Positions 40,487 through 49,712 of a stretch of DNA of 64,000 nt are shown here, piece after piece (the first letter of the stretch is position 1; each line of letters starts with the position of its first letter). The notes beneath the pieces were generated by a model that searched no databases, had not been told where the DNA came from, and was given only the letters and a program-made list of their open reading frames with translations. Position numbers and translations under genes: made by a program. The stretch is from positions 96,001-160,000 of the forward strand of contig JBEPZX010000001.1 in NCBI GenBank assembly GCA_041640635.1, written 5' to 3'. This DNA is from Aquificaceae bacterium. GTDB taxonomy: Bacteria > Aquificota > Aquificia > Aquificales > Aquificaceae.

Positions 40487-42228
40487 GGGAAATTTTGATA
40501 GCCTTAGGATTCTTCTTTTTCTCCTTTTATATATTTCATGTCTTCTCCTCTCCTTCTTCTTTGAGAGTGAACTTTGAAAAACTAGATATTGAAAAAGCCC
40601 AGCTTTCAATAGGAACGTCAGGTGGAACACTCAGTTTTATCTTAAATGGTGATCCAAAAACCTTAAATCCAGCTTTAGCTCAAGAAACTACCTCAACTGC
40701 TGTTATAGGAGATCTATTCACAGGTTTAACCAAGGTGGATCTAAAGAGTATGAAAGTCGTTCCAGATTTGGCTCAAGAATGGACAGAGTTAGAAGGTGGG
40801 AAAAGATACGTATTTAAGCTAAAGAGTAACTTAAGGTGGTCCGATGGGACACCAATAACCGCCGATGATGTAGTCTTTACTTACAGAGATATCTACTTAA
40901 ATAAGGAGATTCCCAATTCTACTGGTGATATGCTCATGGGTATTTTGAAATCTAAAGAAGATATCCAAGGATTTGTAAAAAAAATAGATGATTTAACAGT
41001 AGAGTTTAATTTATCTTCTCCCTTTGCTTCTTTTTTACAAGCCCTTTCGGCGCCTATACTGCCAAGGCATAAACTCCAAAAGCATGTAAAGGATGGCACT
41101 TTTATGACAGCATGGAACGTAAATACAGATCCAAAAGAGATAGTAGGTTCAGGTCCTTACATAATAAAACGTTACATAAAAGGACAGCTTGTAGAGTATG
41201 AGGCAAATCCTTACTATTACGAAAGGGACGAAAAAGGAAATCAACTGCCTTACATAAAAACCAGGATAGGTTACATTGTTCAAGATCCAGACACTGCTCT
41301 TATTAAGTTTTCGGATAAAAGAGTTGATTACATAGGTGTTAGAGCACAGGATGTTCTGTATATTTCTAAACTAAAGGATGCCAAGCTTCTGGATATGGGA
41401 CCTACACCATCTACAACTTTTTTGGTCTTTAACCAAAACCCAAAGGCGAAAATTCCACAGTATAAAATCAAGTGGTTCACAAAAAGAGAATTTAGACTCG
41501 CCTTATCCCATGCAATAGATAGGGAAGGTATATGTTATCTTGTATACAATGCCATGGCTACGCCTCTTTACTCACCAATAACTCCAGCCAATAGACCTTA
41601 CTACCAAGAAGGAGTTTTCCCAGTTTATGAATACAATCTGGAAAAAGCAAGAAAATTGCTACTCTCAGCTGGCTTTAGATACAACCAAAAGGGAGAGTTG
41701 TTAGATGAAGAAGGCAACAAAGTAGAAATAGTGCTGCTCACCAATGCAGGAAACAAAGAAAGAGAAACTATAGGGAATATAATAAAAGAGGACCTAGAAA
41801 AGCTAGGTATAAGTGTTGTTTTCAGGCCTATAGACTTCAATACATTAGTCTCCAAACTTACATCATCATATGACTGGGAAGCTGTTATTATAGGTCTAAC
41901 TGGTTCTTTGGATCCGCACTTCGGTAGAAACGTTTGGCACTCTTCTGGTACACTTCATATGTGGAATCCAAGACAAGAAAAACCAAGTACTCAATGGGAA
42001 AAAGAAGTTGATCGTCTTTTTGATCTTGGCGCCATCACCACTGATCAAGAAAAGAGAGTAGAGATTTACAGGCAAGCCTATAAAATAATAGCACAAGAAC
42101 AACCTATGATATTCATAGCTACTCCCAAAAGTATGTTCTCATACAGACCAAAATTTATGAATTTCTATCCAACGGTTTGGGGTTGGTATGAAGAAAATCG
42201 AATTTCGCTCAGTCCTCAAATTCAATAA
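40483..42228 (+). CDS. ABC transporter substrate-binding protein, family 5 (peptide/nickel)
   Basis: DPKTLNP, PDLA, WSDG.PITADDVVFT, GSGPY. Confidence 0.9.
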   Translation: MREILIALGFFFFSFYIFHVFSSPSSLRVNFEKLDIEKAQLSIGTSGGTLSFILNGDPKTLNPALAQETTSTAVIGDLFTGLTKVDLKSMKVVPDLAQEWTELEGGKRYVFKLKSNLRWSDGTPITADDVVFTYRDIYLNKEIPNSTGDMLMGILKSKEDIQGFVKKIDDLTVEFNLSSPFASFLQALSAPILPRHKLQKHVKDGTFMTAWNVNTDPKEIVGSGPYIIKRYIKGQLVEYEANPYYYERDEKGNQLPYIKTRIGYIVQDPDTALIKFSDKRVDYIGVRAQDVLYISKLKDAKLLDMGPTPSTTFLVFNQNPKAKIPQYKIKWFTKREFRLALSHAIDREGICYLVYNAMATPLYSPITPANRPYYQEGVFPVYEYNLEKARKLLLSAGFRYNQKGELLDEEGNKVEIVLLTNAGNKERETIGNIIKEDLEKLGISVVFRPIDFNTLVSKLTSSYDWEAVIIGLTGSLDPHFGRNVWHSSGTLHMWNPRQEKPSTQWEKEVDRLFDLGAITTDQEKRVEIYRQAYKIIAQEQPMIFIATPKSMFSYRPKFMNFYPTVWGWYEENRISLSPQIQ

Positions 42229-42357
42229 GTCGTTGTAAGTTAAATGCATTATGCAAAAATCAGCACTCAAGTAAAAAGGGATTTCGACCCTATTATTTCT
42301 CTAGCCTTTTGTTACTTTTAAAGGTTATAAATGATTCAAATTGTGATTTTAATTTCC

Positions 42358-42906
42358 TTAACTTGTTAAAGTTTTCGAAAACTGTATAAACTCATCTAGA
42401 GAGTACCATTTGTTAGAGGATTTATCGTATACTTCTTCTACGTGAATTATACTAAGTTTCCTGAGAACCTTGTAATCATCAAAATTTTCTATAAATTTTT
42501 TGAAATGATCAATACTATCAAAGTAAACTAAGTCCTTACCTTCTCTTGCTACTAAATAATCATCCGTTTTCTTCACAAAAACACTGCACACGGGACAACG
42601 ACATTCTTTAGGTATAGGGGGAGGCTTAAATCTGCTTTTTTTTGTATATATAAATCCGTAGCAAGTAATGAATAAAGCTAGGATAGCTCCTACAATATCT
42701 ATAGCGAAAGATAATGATATTGGTACCCTTCCAGTAAAAAAACTATAGATTGATGTGGTCATAGCGGTGATTGTTGTGCCAGTAACACCAAGTATGAATC
42801 TCATAGCTATACCCTTAAAAACCATTAAAAGAACAAGAAAAAAACCAAACATTTCAAGAAGGCGTGCGAGTATTAATAAGACATACCTTATGTCTAAGGA
42901 ATCCAT
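42358..42906 (-). CDS. Membrane protein with C-terminal YHS/TRASH-like domain (start probably ATG 42906)
   Basis: About 3 TM segments then CRCPVC...EGK..YFDS..H. Confidence 0.7.
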   Translation of the reverse strand: MDSLDIRYVLLILARLLEMFGFFLVLLMVFKGIAMRFILGVTGTTITAMTTSIYSFFTGRVPISLSFAIDIVGAILALFITCYGFIYTKKSRFKPPPIPKECRCPVCSVFVKKTDDYLVAREGKDLVYFDSIDHFKKFIENFDDYKVLRKLSIIHVEEVYDKSSNKWYSLDEFIQFSKTLTS

Positions 42907-42910
42907 AAAA

Positions 42911-43090
42911 CTACTCTTTTTTTCTGTGAGGAGAGAACACGCTTTCCTTTCTTGCGTTCTTAAGCTTGTTAAGGAAATAGTCTCTATTTTCTTGTGACAG
43001 AAGCATCCCAAAGAATCCTAAGGAAAAACTACCAAGTGCTATTAGTGCTACTAAGATACCAGCAATTTTAGTTTTTAAGTCCTCATTCAT
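42911..43090 (-). CDS. Small single-TM protein, 59 aa, not in ORF track (MNEDLKTKIAGILVALIALGSFSLGFFGMLLSQENRDYFLNKLKNARKESVFSPHRKKE)
   Basis: GAGGT SD, ATG 43090, TAG 42911, one hydrophobic helix; ends 4 nt before the next ATG. Confidence 0.7.
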   Translation of the reverse strand: MNEDLKTKIAGILVALIALGSFSLGFFGMLLSQENRDYFLNKLKNARKESVFSPHRKKE

Positions 43091-43104
43091 TTTGTTACCT
43101 CATT

Positions 43105-43125
43105 AAAAAAAGCCCCGCAAGGGGC
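43105..43125 (-). terminator. Intrinsic terminator after oxidase subunit I
   Basis: GCCCC-TTGC-GGGGC followed by T7 on the minus strand. Confidence 0.8.
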
Positions 43126-43138
43126 AGTTTGAAAAAAT

Positions 43139-44782
43139 TTAGAAATGAGCATGGTAACCTTTGTAGTAAGCATAAGGATGCCAATCCTTAGGAACTTCTA
43201 CAGGGTACTTTTTGAAATTATGAGGTGCGACTGGTGTATCCGTAGCTGACCATTCCAAAGAAGGAGATTTCCATGGATTATCTTCTGCTTTGGGTCCTTT
43301 TAGACTCTTAATCCAATTTATAAGGTGTATCAAAATACCTATGGACAACAATACAGCGCCTACTGTTTGTATTTGCATTAAGTTTACCCATTCAGGAATT
43401 GGTGGATAATCTGGATATCTTCTTGGCATGCCCATTAATCCAATAACCATTTGGAAGAAGAACATAATGTTTGCACCGATAATCATTAACCAGAAACCTA
43501 GTTTACCAAGCCCTTCAGAGTACATTTTTCCAGTAACTTTTGGATACCAATAATATATACCACTAAATGCAGCAAAGGTAAGTGCCATTCCTAAAACGTA
43601 GTGAAAGTGCCCTACTATAAACAAAGAGTCGGATACACCAAGATCTATAGATACCATAGCGTTAGGGATTCCAGTTAGCCCACCTATGAGGAACATAAGT
43701 ATACCACCCAACGTAAGAAGCATAGGTGTGTTATAGATTATTGCACCCTTATATAGTGTTGCTACCCAGTTAAATATCTTGATACCAGTAGGTACTCCGA
43801 CCAAAACTGTAGTGTAAGAGAATAATACTCTTAACCAATCAGGTACTCCAGAAACGAACATATGATGCACCCATGTTTCAAAACCTATAAAAGCTATAGC
43901 GTATATGGCAAATACCATAGATATATAACCGAAAATAGGTTTTCTGGAAAAAGTTGATACAACTTCGGAAAATACTCCAAAGGCTGGTAATATCATTACG
44001 TAAACCGCTGGGTGGGAATAGAACCAAAATATATGTTGGTACAACAGTGGATCACCACCAAGCTCTGGATTAAAGAAATTCATACCAAAGTACCTATCGA
44101 GGATCAAAAGATTTACGGAAGCCAAAAGTGCAGGTACACCAAATAGTTGTATGAGACTTGCAGCCATTACAGTATGAACAAACAGGTTGAGGTTTGTCCA
44201 ACCGATTCCTTTAGTTCTCATTCTTATGATTGTAGTTATCATATTTACAGAACCTGCCGTTGCAGATATACCATAAAGGTTAACAATTAACACGACCAAA
44301 GAAGTAGGACCAGCATTTTCATTTAGCGAGTATGGAGGATACGCTGTCCACAACATCTTTATCCAGTTGCCCGGTATGAGTGTCAAAAGAACAAGTATAC
44401 TAGCACCTAAGAAGGCCCAGTAAGAGAAAGCATTCAATCTCGGGAAAGCAACATCTCTAGCTCCTATCATAATAGGCACTAAAAAGTTAGCAAAGGCACC
44501 AGTCCATATAGCTACAGCCCACCAAAGTAACATAACAGCTCCGTGTCCAGTAAGGAGATAGTTATAGAGATCAGTACCTTCTTGACCGAAAAGTGCAGGA
44601 AGTTGAATACCAGGCATGCTTTGCTCGAATCTTATAAGCATACCAAAAAGGCCTGCTACCACAAAGAATAAGAGAGAGGTAACAAAGTAAAGCATACCTA
44701 TCTTTTTGTGGTCTGTAGTAAAGATCCACTCTTTCAAATTAGCACCAAACCATGTTCCAGCGGGTGCATGAGCTACAGCCAT
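43139..44782 (-). CDS. coxA: Heme-copper oxidase subunit I, family A (A2 type)
   Basis: TTDHKKIG, D-channel DVAFPRLN, WFYSHPAVY (YS motif), WVHH, HFH, MPRR. Confidence 0.95.
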   Translation of the reverse strand: MAVAHAPAGTWFGANLKEWIFTTDHKKIGMLYFVTSLLFFVVAGLFGMLIRFEQSMPGIQLPALFGQEGTDLYNYLLTGHGAVMLLWWAVAIWTGAFANFLVPIMIGARDVAFPRLNAFSYWAFLGASILVLLTLIPGNWIKMLWTAYPPYSLNENAGPTSLVVLIVNLYGISATAGSVNMITTIIRMRTKGIGWTNLNLFVHTVMAASLIQLFGVPALLASVNLLILDRYFGMNFFNPELGGDPLLYQHIFWFYSHPAVYVMILPAFGVFSEVVSTFSRKPIFGYISMVFAIYAIAFIGFETWVHHMFVSGVPDWLRVLFSYTTVLVGVPTGIKIFNWVATLYKGAIIYNTPMLLTLGGILMFLIGGLTGIPNAMVSIDLGVSDSLFIVGHFHYVLGMALTFAAFSGIYYWYPKVTGKMYSEGLGKLGFWLMIIGANIMFFFQMVIGLMGMPRRYPDYPPIPEWVNLMQIQTVGAVLLSIGILIHLINWIKSLKGPKAEDNPWKSPSLEWSATDTPVAPHNFKKYPVEVPKDWHPYAYYKGYHAHF

Positions 44783-44800
44783 ATCTCACACCTCCTTAAT

Positions 44801-45559
44801 TTATTTTTGTGATACTTGAGAATTTTCTTGTGTTTGTTCCTTTTGTTCCATACCAGCGTTGAGCCATTTGTTGAATTCCTCTTCGGGCACTACCTTTAAT
44901 ACTGCGAACATTCTAGAATGCCAGGTTCCACAATACTCCTTACAAAATACAAAGTACTCACCTGGTTTGTTTATTTGAAACCAAAGTTTTGTTATCCTAC
45001 CCGGTAGTGCATCTTCTGTAATCATAGCTGGATGTACAAAAAATGAATGTATAACATCTCTCGATGTTAGGTAAACCTGTATAGGTTTACCTGCAGGTAT
45101 GTAAGCTTTTTGTTCTTCTGGCGCATCGTAACCCTGGGAATTGAAAAATGCATAAACCTTTTTACCATTTGGATACTCAAATTCCCATCCCCACATAAAG
45201 CCAACCACTTTTATCTCCATGGCACCTTCTGGTGCGTTTCTTTGTTTTACAAAGTTGGCAAATGAGTAAGTTGCTAAGAACAACACCAATATGATAGGAA
45301 TAACAGTCCAAACGATTTCTAAAGCTGTATTACCTTCTATATGGGCTCCCTCTTCATTGACACCTTTTCTATACTTGTATCTTATCATAAAGAATATAGT
45401 AGGAATAGCTACAATAAGGTATATGATAACGGCAACATAAAGCCATACAGTATAGCTGTTTTCCCAATATATTCTCGGGTAAGCTAGTATATCTTCGGCA
45501 AAAGATAAACTATTGATTGTAATAAAAGATATTAAAGAAGCTAAAAAAACCTTCATCAT
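44801..45559 (-). CDS. coxB: Cytochrome c oxidase subunit II (CuA)
   Basis: LEIVWT, DVIHSF, CKEYCGTWHSRM. Confidence 0.95.
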   Translation of the reverse strand: MMKVFLASLISFITINSLSFAEDILAYPRIYWENSYTVWLYVAVIIYLIVAIPTIFFMIRYKYRKGVNEEGAHIEGNTALEIVWTVIPIILVLFLATYSFANFVKQRNAPEGAMEIKVVGFMWGWEFEYPNGKKVYAFFNSQGYDAPEEQKAYIPAGKPIQVYLTSRDVIHSFFVHPAMITEDALPGRITKLWFQINKPGEYFVFCKEYCGTWHSRMFAVLKVVPEEEFNKWLNAGMEQKEQTQENSQVSQK

Positions 45560-46329
45560 AAAACCTCCTTCTTAGGTTTTAGCAAAGCATAGACCACTGT
45601 GGAGCCTACTAAAACAAAACCGGCTAATGCAACATAGATGACAGGATTAACTCCATATTTGCCCGTCTTAGGATCGTACCTATAACATGCAAGAAAAGCT
45701 AAATCTACAATAGCGTTTTTTGTAATTCTCATTTCTTCAGCTTCCGCTAGAGCTAGATACATATCCCTCTGCGACGGCGAAACACCATACATGTAACGTG
45801 TTATTTTCCCACTAGGAGATAAGAACACAATTACGTTAGGATGAACAAACACCTTATCTTGTCTGGAGTAGAAAAACTTGTAACCTATAGCGGATGTTAA
45901 TTTATTTATGTTTTCTTCATCCATTACACCAAAGGTCCACGCCTTAGGAAAGTTATCACCTATTTGACTTTTGAATTTTTTCAAAGAATCTAAGTTGTCA
46001 TATTTGTCAAAAGAAAGGACGAGTAAGTTGTAGTCCCTGTTTAAGAACTTGCTGGCTCGCAGAGCACCACTCACTATTAAAGGACAAGCAGAATCACAAG
46101 TGTAGTAAGCCAAAATTAGAGCAGTAGGCTTTCCCTTTGTAAATTCCTCAAAGTTATACTGCTTTCCATCTTCAGCTGTGAAAATAATATCAGAGGGAAT
46201 TTTTCTTCCTAAATACTTAGCTTCTTCAATTGTTAGAGATGATGCATCAAAGAAACCTATGTTATCAGCAGGTACTTTTGGTGTAGCCCAAACCATATTT
46301 AGAATAAGAAAAAGCAATGTTAACAGCAT
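45556..46329 (-). CDS. SCO family copper chaperone
   Basis: YYTCDSACP, FVHP. Confidence 0.9.
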   Translation of the reverse strand: MLLTLLFLILNMVWATPKVPADNIGFFDASSLTIEEAKYLGRKIPSDIIFTAEDGKQYNFEEFTKGKPTALILAYYTCDSACPLIVSGALRASKFLNRDYNLLVLSFDKYDNLDSLKKFKSQIGDNFPKAWTFGVMDEENINKLTSAIGYKFFYSRQDKVFVHPNVIVFLSPSGKITRYMYGVSPSQRDMYLALAEAEEMRITKNAIVDLAFLACYRYDPKTGKYGVNPVIYVALAGFVLVGSTVVYALLKPKKEVL

Positions 46330-46332
46330 GGC

Positions 46333-47109
46333 TTAGAAATTACCGTAAGCTCCGACTATATAAACTGTGCCTGCAACTAAAAGCCACGCTAAATCAACAA
46401 AATGCCAATAAAAACTTGCAGCTTTTATCGGTGTTAACTTTCCGAGTGCTTTGCCGCTGTTTATTAAAAGAATAAGCTGGGTTAGGATACCTAGTAGAAC
46501 GTGAGAAGCGTGTACACCAGTTAAAGAATAAAAGCCTGTACCATACATATTTGAGCTAAATGTAAAACCGGATTCCCATAGATGAGTCCACTCCCATGCA
46601 TGTAGTACTAAAAATGCTGAACCTAGAATCATAGTTGATATGAGCCACATTCTGTAGGCACCTACATCCTTTTGCTCTAAAGCATGTTCAGCTCTCCAAA
46701 TTGTGTAGCTGGATGCCCAAAGAATAATGGTAAGGAGTGCAACAAGTTTGAGGTTCATACCACCTTCAGGTATCCATTCTGGCCATTTGTCTGCAAAATT
46801 GGCTCGTGCTGCCCAAAACGCTGCAAACAGACTACCGAAGATGATTATTTCTGCAAAGACAAAGTAAATAATACCCTGAAAGCCATGCCCTTCATCATGC
46901 CCCTTTGAGAAGTACTCGTTGGCCCAACCAGCAGCTCCTACTGCTAAAAGTGCAAGTCCTAAGCCTCCGCTCAAAATAGCCAATAAAGGCAAATGCCAAT
47001 CGGAGTAGGCTATAAAGCCTATAGATAAGAATAGGACAGATAGTCCTGTAGGTAAACCCCACAAACTTACTTCGTGGTGCCCTGCATGGTGCGTTCCCTC
47101 GTGCGCCAT
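46333..47109 (-). CDS. coxC: Cytochrome c oxidase subunit III
   Basis: FAE, FYSLTGVHASHV, YWHFVD. Confidence 0.93.
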   Translation of the reverse strand: MAHEGTHHAGHHEVSLWGLPTGLSVLFLSIGFIAYSDWHLPLLAILSGGLGLALLAVGAAGWANEYFSKGHDEGHGFQGIIYFVFAEIIIFGSLFAAFWAARANFADKWPEWIPEGGMNLKLVALLTIILWASSYTIWRAEHALEQKDVGAYRMWLISTMILGSAFLVLHAWEWTHLWESGFTFSSNMYGTGFYSLTGVHASHVLLGILTQLILLINSGKALGKLTPIKAASFYWHFVDLAWLLVAGTVYIVGAYGNF

Positions 47110-47153
47110 TTTACCACCTCCTAGTGATTATTGATATTTTCTTACATTATATG

Positions 47154-47182
47154 ATTATACTCACTGCAATATGATTTGTCAA
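47154..47182 (-). promoter_or_regulatory. Consensus sigma70 promoter of the A-type oxidase operon
   Basis: TTGACA (47182-47177), 17 nt, TATAAT (47159-47154). Confidence 0.8.
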
Positions 47183-47292
47183 GGTAATTATTATTTCTTT
47201 AAGTCTTGCTTCTTATAAAGTCTGTGTAACTAAGAATTTAAAGATCTACGTTAACTCCAAAGAGGCTCGGATTTAGGAAAATACTTAAATTA

Positions 47293-47320
47293 TTGCAAGT
47301 TTCGAATTTTCGAATATAAT
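47293..47320 (+). promoter_or_regulatory. Sigma70-type promoter of the ba3 operon with a palindromic spacer
   Basis: TTGCAA-16 nt-TATAAT; the spacer holds TTCGAA-TT-TTCGAA. Confidence 0.6.
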
Positions 47321-47363
47321 TAACACTTATGGTTTTATAATTAAAACTTATAGGAGGTGTACC

Positions 47364-47492
47364 ATGCAAGGGAATGAGTCCTTCAAACCAAAGGGAGCAA
47401 TTGCCTTTTTTGTAGCGGTGGCTGTGGTCTATTCTGTGGTGTTTCTAACGCTGTATGCGATTTTGGTTTCGAGAGGATCAACAACACCATAA
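47364..47492 (+). CDS. ba3-type oxidase subunit IIa, 42 aa, not in ORF track (MQGNESFKPKGAIAFFVAVAVVYSVVFLTLYAILVSRGSTTP)
   Basis: AGGAGG SD, KPKGA...Y....RG single-TM signature, directly upstream of subunit II. Confidence 0.88.
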   Translation: MQGNESFKPKGAIAFFVAVAVVYSVVFLTLYAILVSRGSTTP

Positions 47493-47504
47493 GGAGGAGT
47501 TGCT

Positions 47505-47954
47505 ATGTTAGGTGAATTAGAAAAGAGCGAAAAAGCCGCTTTATCTATAGCTGTGGGATTTTTACTATTCTTTTTTGGTCTTTTAGTCTACGCAGCTAAG
47601 GGAATGAATATCGATGTTCCTACCTGTATAACCGATGTAAAACCGTTTACTGAAGGAAGAGTTATACAACACTCCCCTGATAGGTACGAGGTTCATTATC
47701 TGGCTTATATGTGGGCATTTGATCCTATGGAAATAGAAGTGCCTAAAGGTGCTACAGTAGACTTTTATTTAACATCAAAGGATGTTATACACGGTATGCA
47801 CATAGAAAAAACAAATGTAAATATGATGGCTATTCCAGGAACTGTAGCATATGCCAGGTATACATTTACGAAACCTGGAGAATATAGGGTAATATGCCAT
47901 GAATACTGCGGTATAGGTCACCAAGATATGATGGCAAAGATAATAGTTAAGTAA
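47505..47954 (+). CDS. cbaB: ba3-type oxidase subunit II (one TM, CuA)
   Basis: DVIHG, CHEYCGIGHQDM. Confidence 0.9.
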   Translation: MLGELEKSEKAALSIAVGFLLFFFGLLVYAAKGMNIDVPTCITDVKPFTEGRVIQHSPDRYEVHYLAYMWAFDPMEIEVPKGATVDFYLTSKDVIHGMHIEKTNVNMMAIPGTVAYARYTFTKPGEYRVICHEYCGIGHQDMMAKIIVK

Positions 47955-47966
47955 GGAGGTATTATT

Positions 47967-49712
47967 ATGAAACCTGAAAGCAGTGTAAAAACGATCATTA
48001 TTTTGGAGATAATTTTGCCGGTAGCGTTATTAGTTTTTGGTGTTTATCACGGTGTTCTTCAGGTTCTCTATAGGGCTGGAATAATAAAGGATATGTCTTT
48101 TTTAGGAATAGAGTACTATCAAGGATTGACACTGCATGGGGTAATAAATGCTATAGTGTTTACTACTTTTCTAATAGTAGCCTTTGGTAATATCATGTTT
48201 TGGTATCTTCTTAAAAAGCCATTAAGGGTAGGAGTTCAATGGATTTCTTTTCTTCTGATGCTTGTAGGCACCTTAATGGCTGCATGGGCTATGTTTACGG
48301 GTAAAGCCAACGTTTTGTATACTTTCTATCCACCTTTGCTTGCACATTGGACCTTTTACTTAGGTGCGGCTCTTTTGATTGTAGGCTCCATTATTCCACT
48401 GTTTTTTGATTGGTTACCTAACTATATAGCTTGGAAGAGAGAAAATCCAGATAAGAAAGTTCCGATAGGTGTGTATGGAGTATTTGTAAACCACATAATG
48501 TGGGTTATTATGATCGTTCCTGTTGTAATAGAGGTTCTCTTTCAACTCTTACCACTTTCTCTTGGTATTGTAGAAGAGATTAATCCATCTTTGGCTAGAA
48601 CACTATTTTGGGCTTTTGGACATCCTGTGGTTTACTTTTGGCTTTTACCTGCTTACACCATGCTTTATCAGATTCTTCCTAAATTAGTTTCAGAAAAAGG
48701 TGCTCTCTTCTCAGATGGAGCTGCACGACTTGCTTTTATACTTTTCTTAATCTTTTCTTTCCCTGTAGGTTTACACCATCAATTTACAGAGCCAGGTATC
48801 ACCGACAACTATAAACTTATACATGCACTATTTACTTTTGGAGTTGCCGTTCCTAGCTTCTTGACAGCTTTTAGTGTAGCTGCATCTCTCGAATACTCTA
48901 TAAAGGCCCAGTACCCTCACCTAAAGGATTCTCTTTTCGCTTGGTGGGCAAAGATCCCATACATATCTACACAAGGTGACAAATGGGTCGTTTCCTACTA
49001 CATGGCTGGTTTATTTATGTTCCTTATAGGTGGAATAACAGGCATAATAAATGCTTCTTACAATCTCAACCTGGTAGTTCACAATACGGCATGGGTACCT
49101 GCTCACTTTCATACGACAGTTGGCGGTCTAGTTACACTCATATTCCTAGGTATGTCTCTATTTTTCATATCAAGACTTACAGGTAAAGAAGTAAAGCTTA
49201 AAGGAGTAGCAGCTTTAGCTCCATGGCTTTGGCTAATAGGTTTTGCTATTTTCAACGTAGCTTATTCAATAGCAGGAGTAGAAGGTATGCCAAGAAGGAC
49301 TAATATGGGACCTAGTTACTCCAATCCTGAATCTCCAATATTTGCAATGGAATGGATGCCAGAAGCTGTAGCTGGTGCTATAGGTGGTACCATAGCTGGT
49401 ATAGGTTTTGTATTCTTCTTGGTATCCTTTATAGTTACGCTGTTTTCTCCAAAGACAAAGGAGGAAACCTTAGAGTTCCCAGTAGCTTCAGCGTATCATG
49501 ATGAAAAAATGCCAGCACTCCAAAAACTTACTCCATGGGTTGTTTTCTCATCCTTACTCTTCTTAATTGCATATATACCTCCTATCTATGATGTGGCAAA
49601 GCGTGGAGTATTTTTCGATTCCCCAGGCTACAACGACAAGAGCCCTATACCGGTTACTAAACCTCAATCTGCTAAGGAAGAAGTGGAAAATAAGGAAGCT
49701 TCGATTAAATGA
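47967..49712 (+). CDS. cbaA: Heme-copper oxidase subunit I, family B (ba3-type)
   Basis: YYQGLTLHGV, LYTFYPP, FWAFGHPVVYFW, GLHHQF, HNTAWVPAHFH, MPRR. Confidence 0.93.
   Translation: MKPESSVKTIIILEIILPVALLVFGVYHGVLQVLYRAGIIKDMSFLGIEYYQGLTLHGVINAIVFTTFLIVAFGNIMFWYLLKKPLRVGVQWISFLLMLVGTLMAAWAMFTGKANVLYTFYPPLLAHWTFYLGAALLIVGSIIPLFFDWLPNYIAWKRENPDKKVPIGVYGVFVNHIMWVIMIVPVVIEVLFQLLPLSLGIVEEINPSLARTLFWAFGHPVVYFWLLPAYTMLYQILPKLVSEKGALFSDGAARLAFILFLIFSFPVGLHHQFTEPGITDNYKLIHALFTFGVAVPSFLTAFSVAASLEYSIKAQYPHLKDSLFAWWAKIPYISTQGDKWVVSYYMAGLFMFLIGGITGIINASYNLNLVVHNTAWVPAHFHTTVGGLVTLIFLGMSLFFISRLTGKEVKLKGVAALAPWLWLIGFAIFNVAYSIAGVEGMPRRTNMGPSYSNPESPIFAMEWMPEAVAGAIGGTIAGIGFVFFLVSFIVTLFSPKTKEETLEFPVASAYHDEKMPALQKLTPWVVFSSLLFLIAYIPPIYDVAKRGVFFDSPGYNDKSPIPVTKPQSAKEEVENKEASIK

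Noticed and set aside
42229..42357. 130-nt gap between convergent genes as a possible ncRNA
   Set aside because: AT-rich, only weak short stems, no recognisable RNA family
42907..43011. ORF-track N-terminal extension of the YHS-like protein (start 43011)
   Set aside because: Overlaps the better supported 59-aa ORF in another frame; ATG 42906 is the more plausible start
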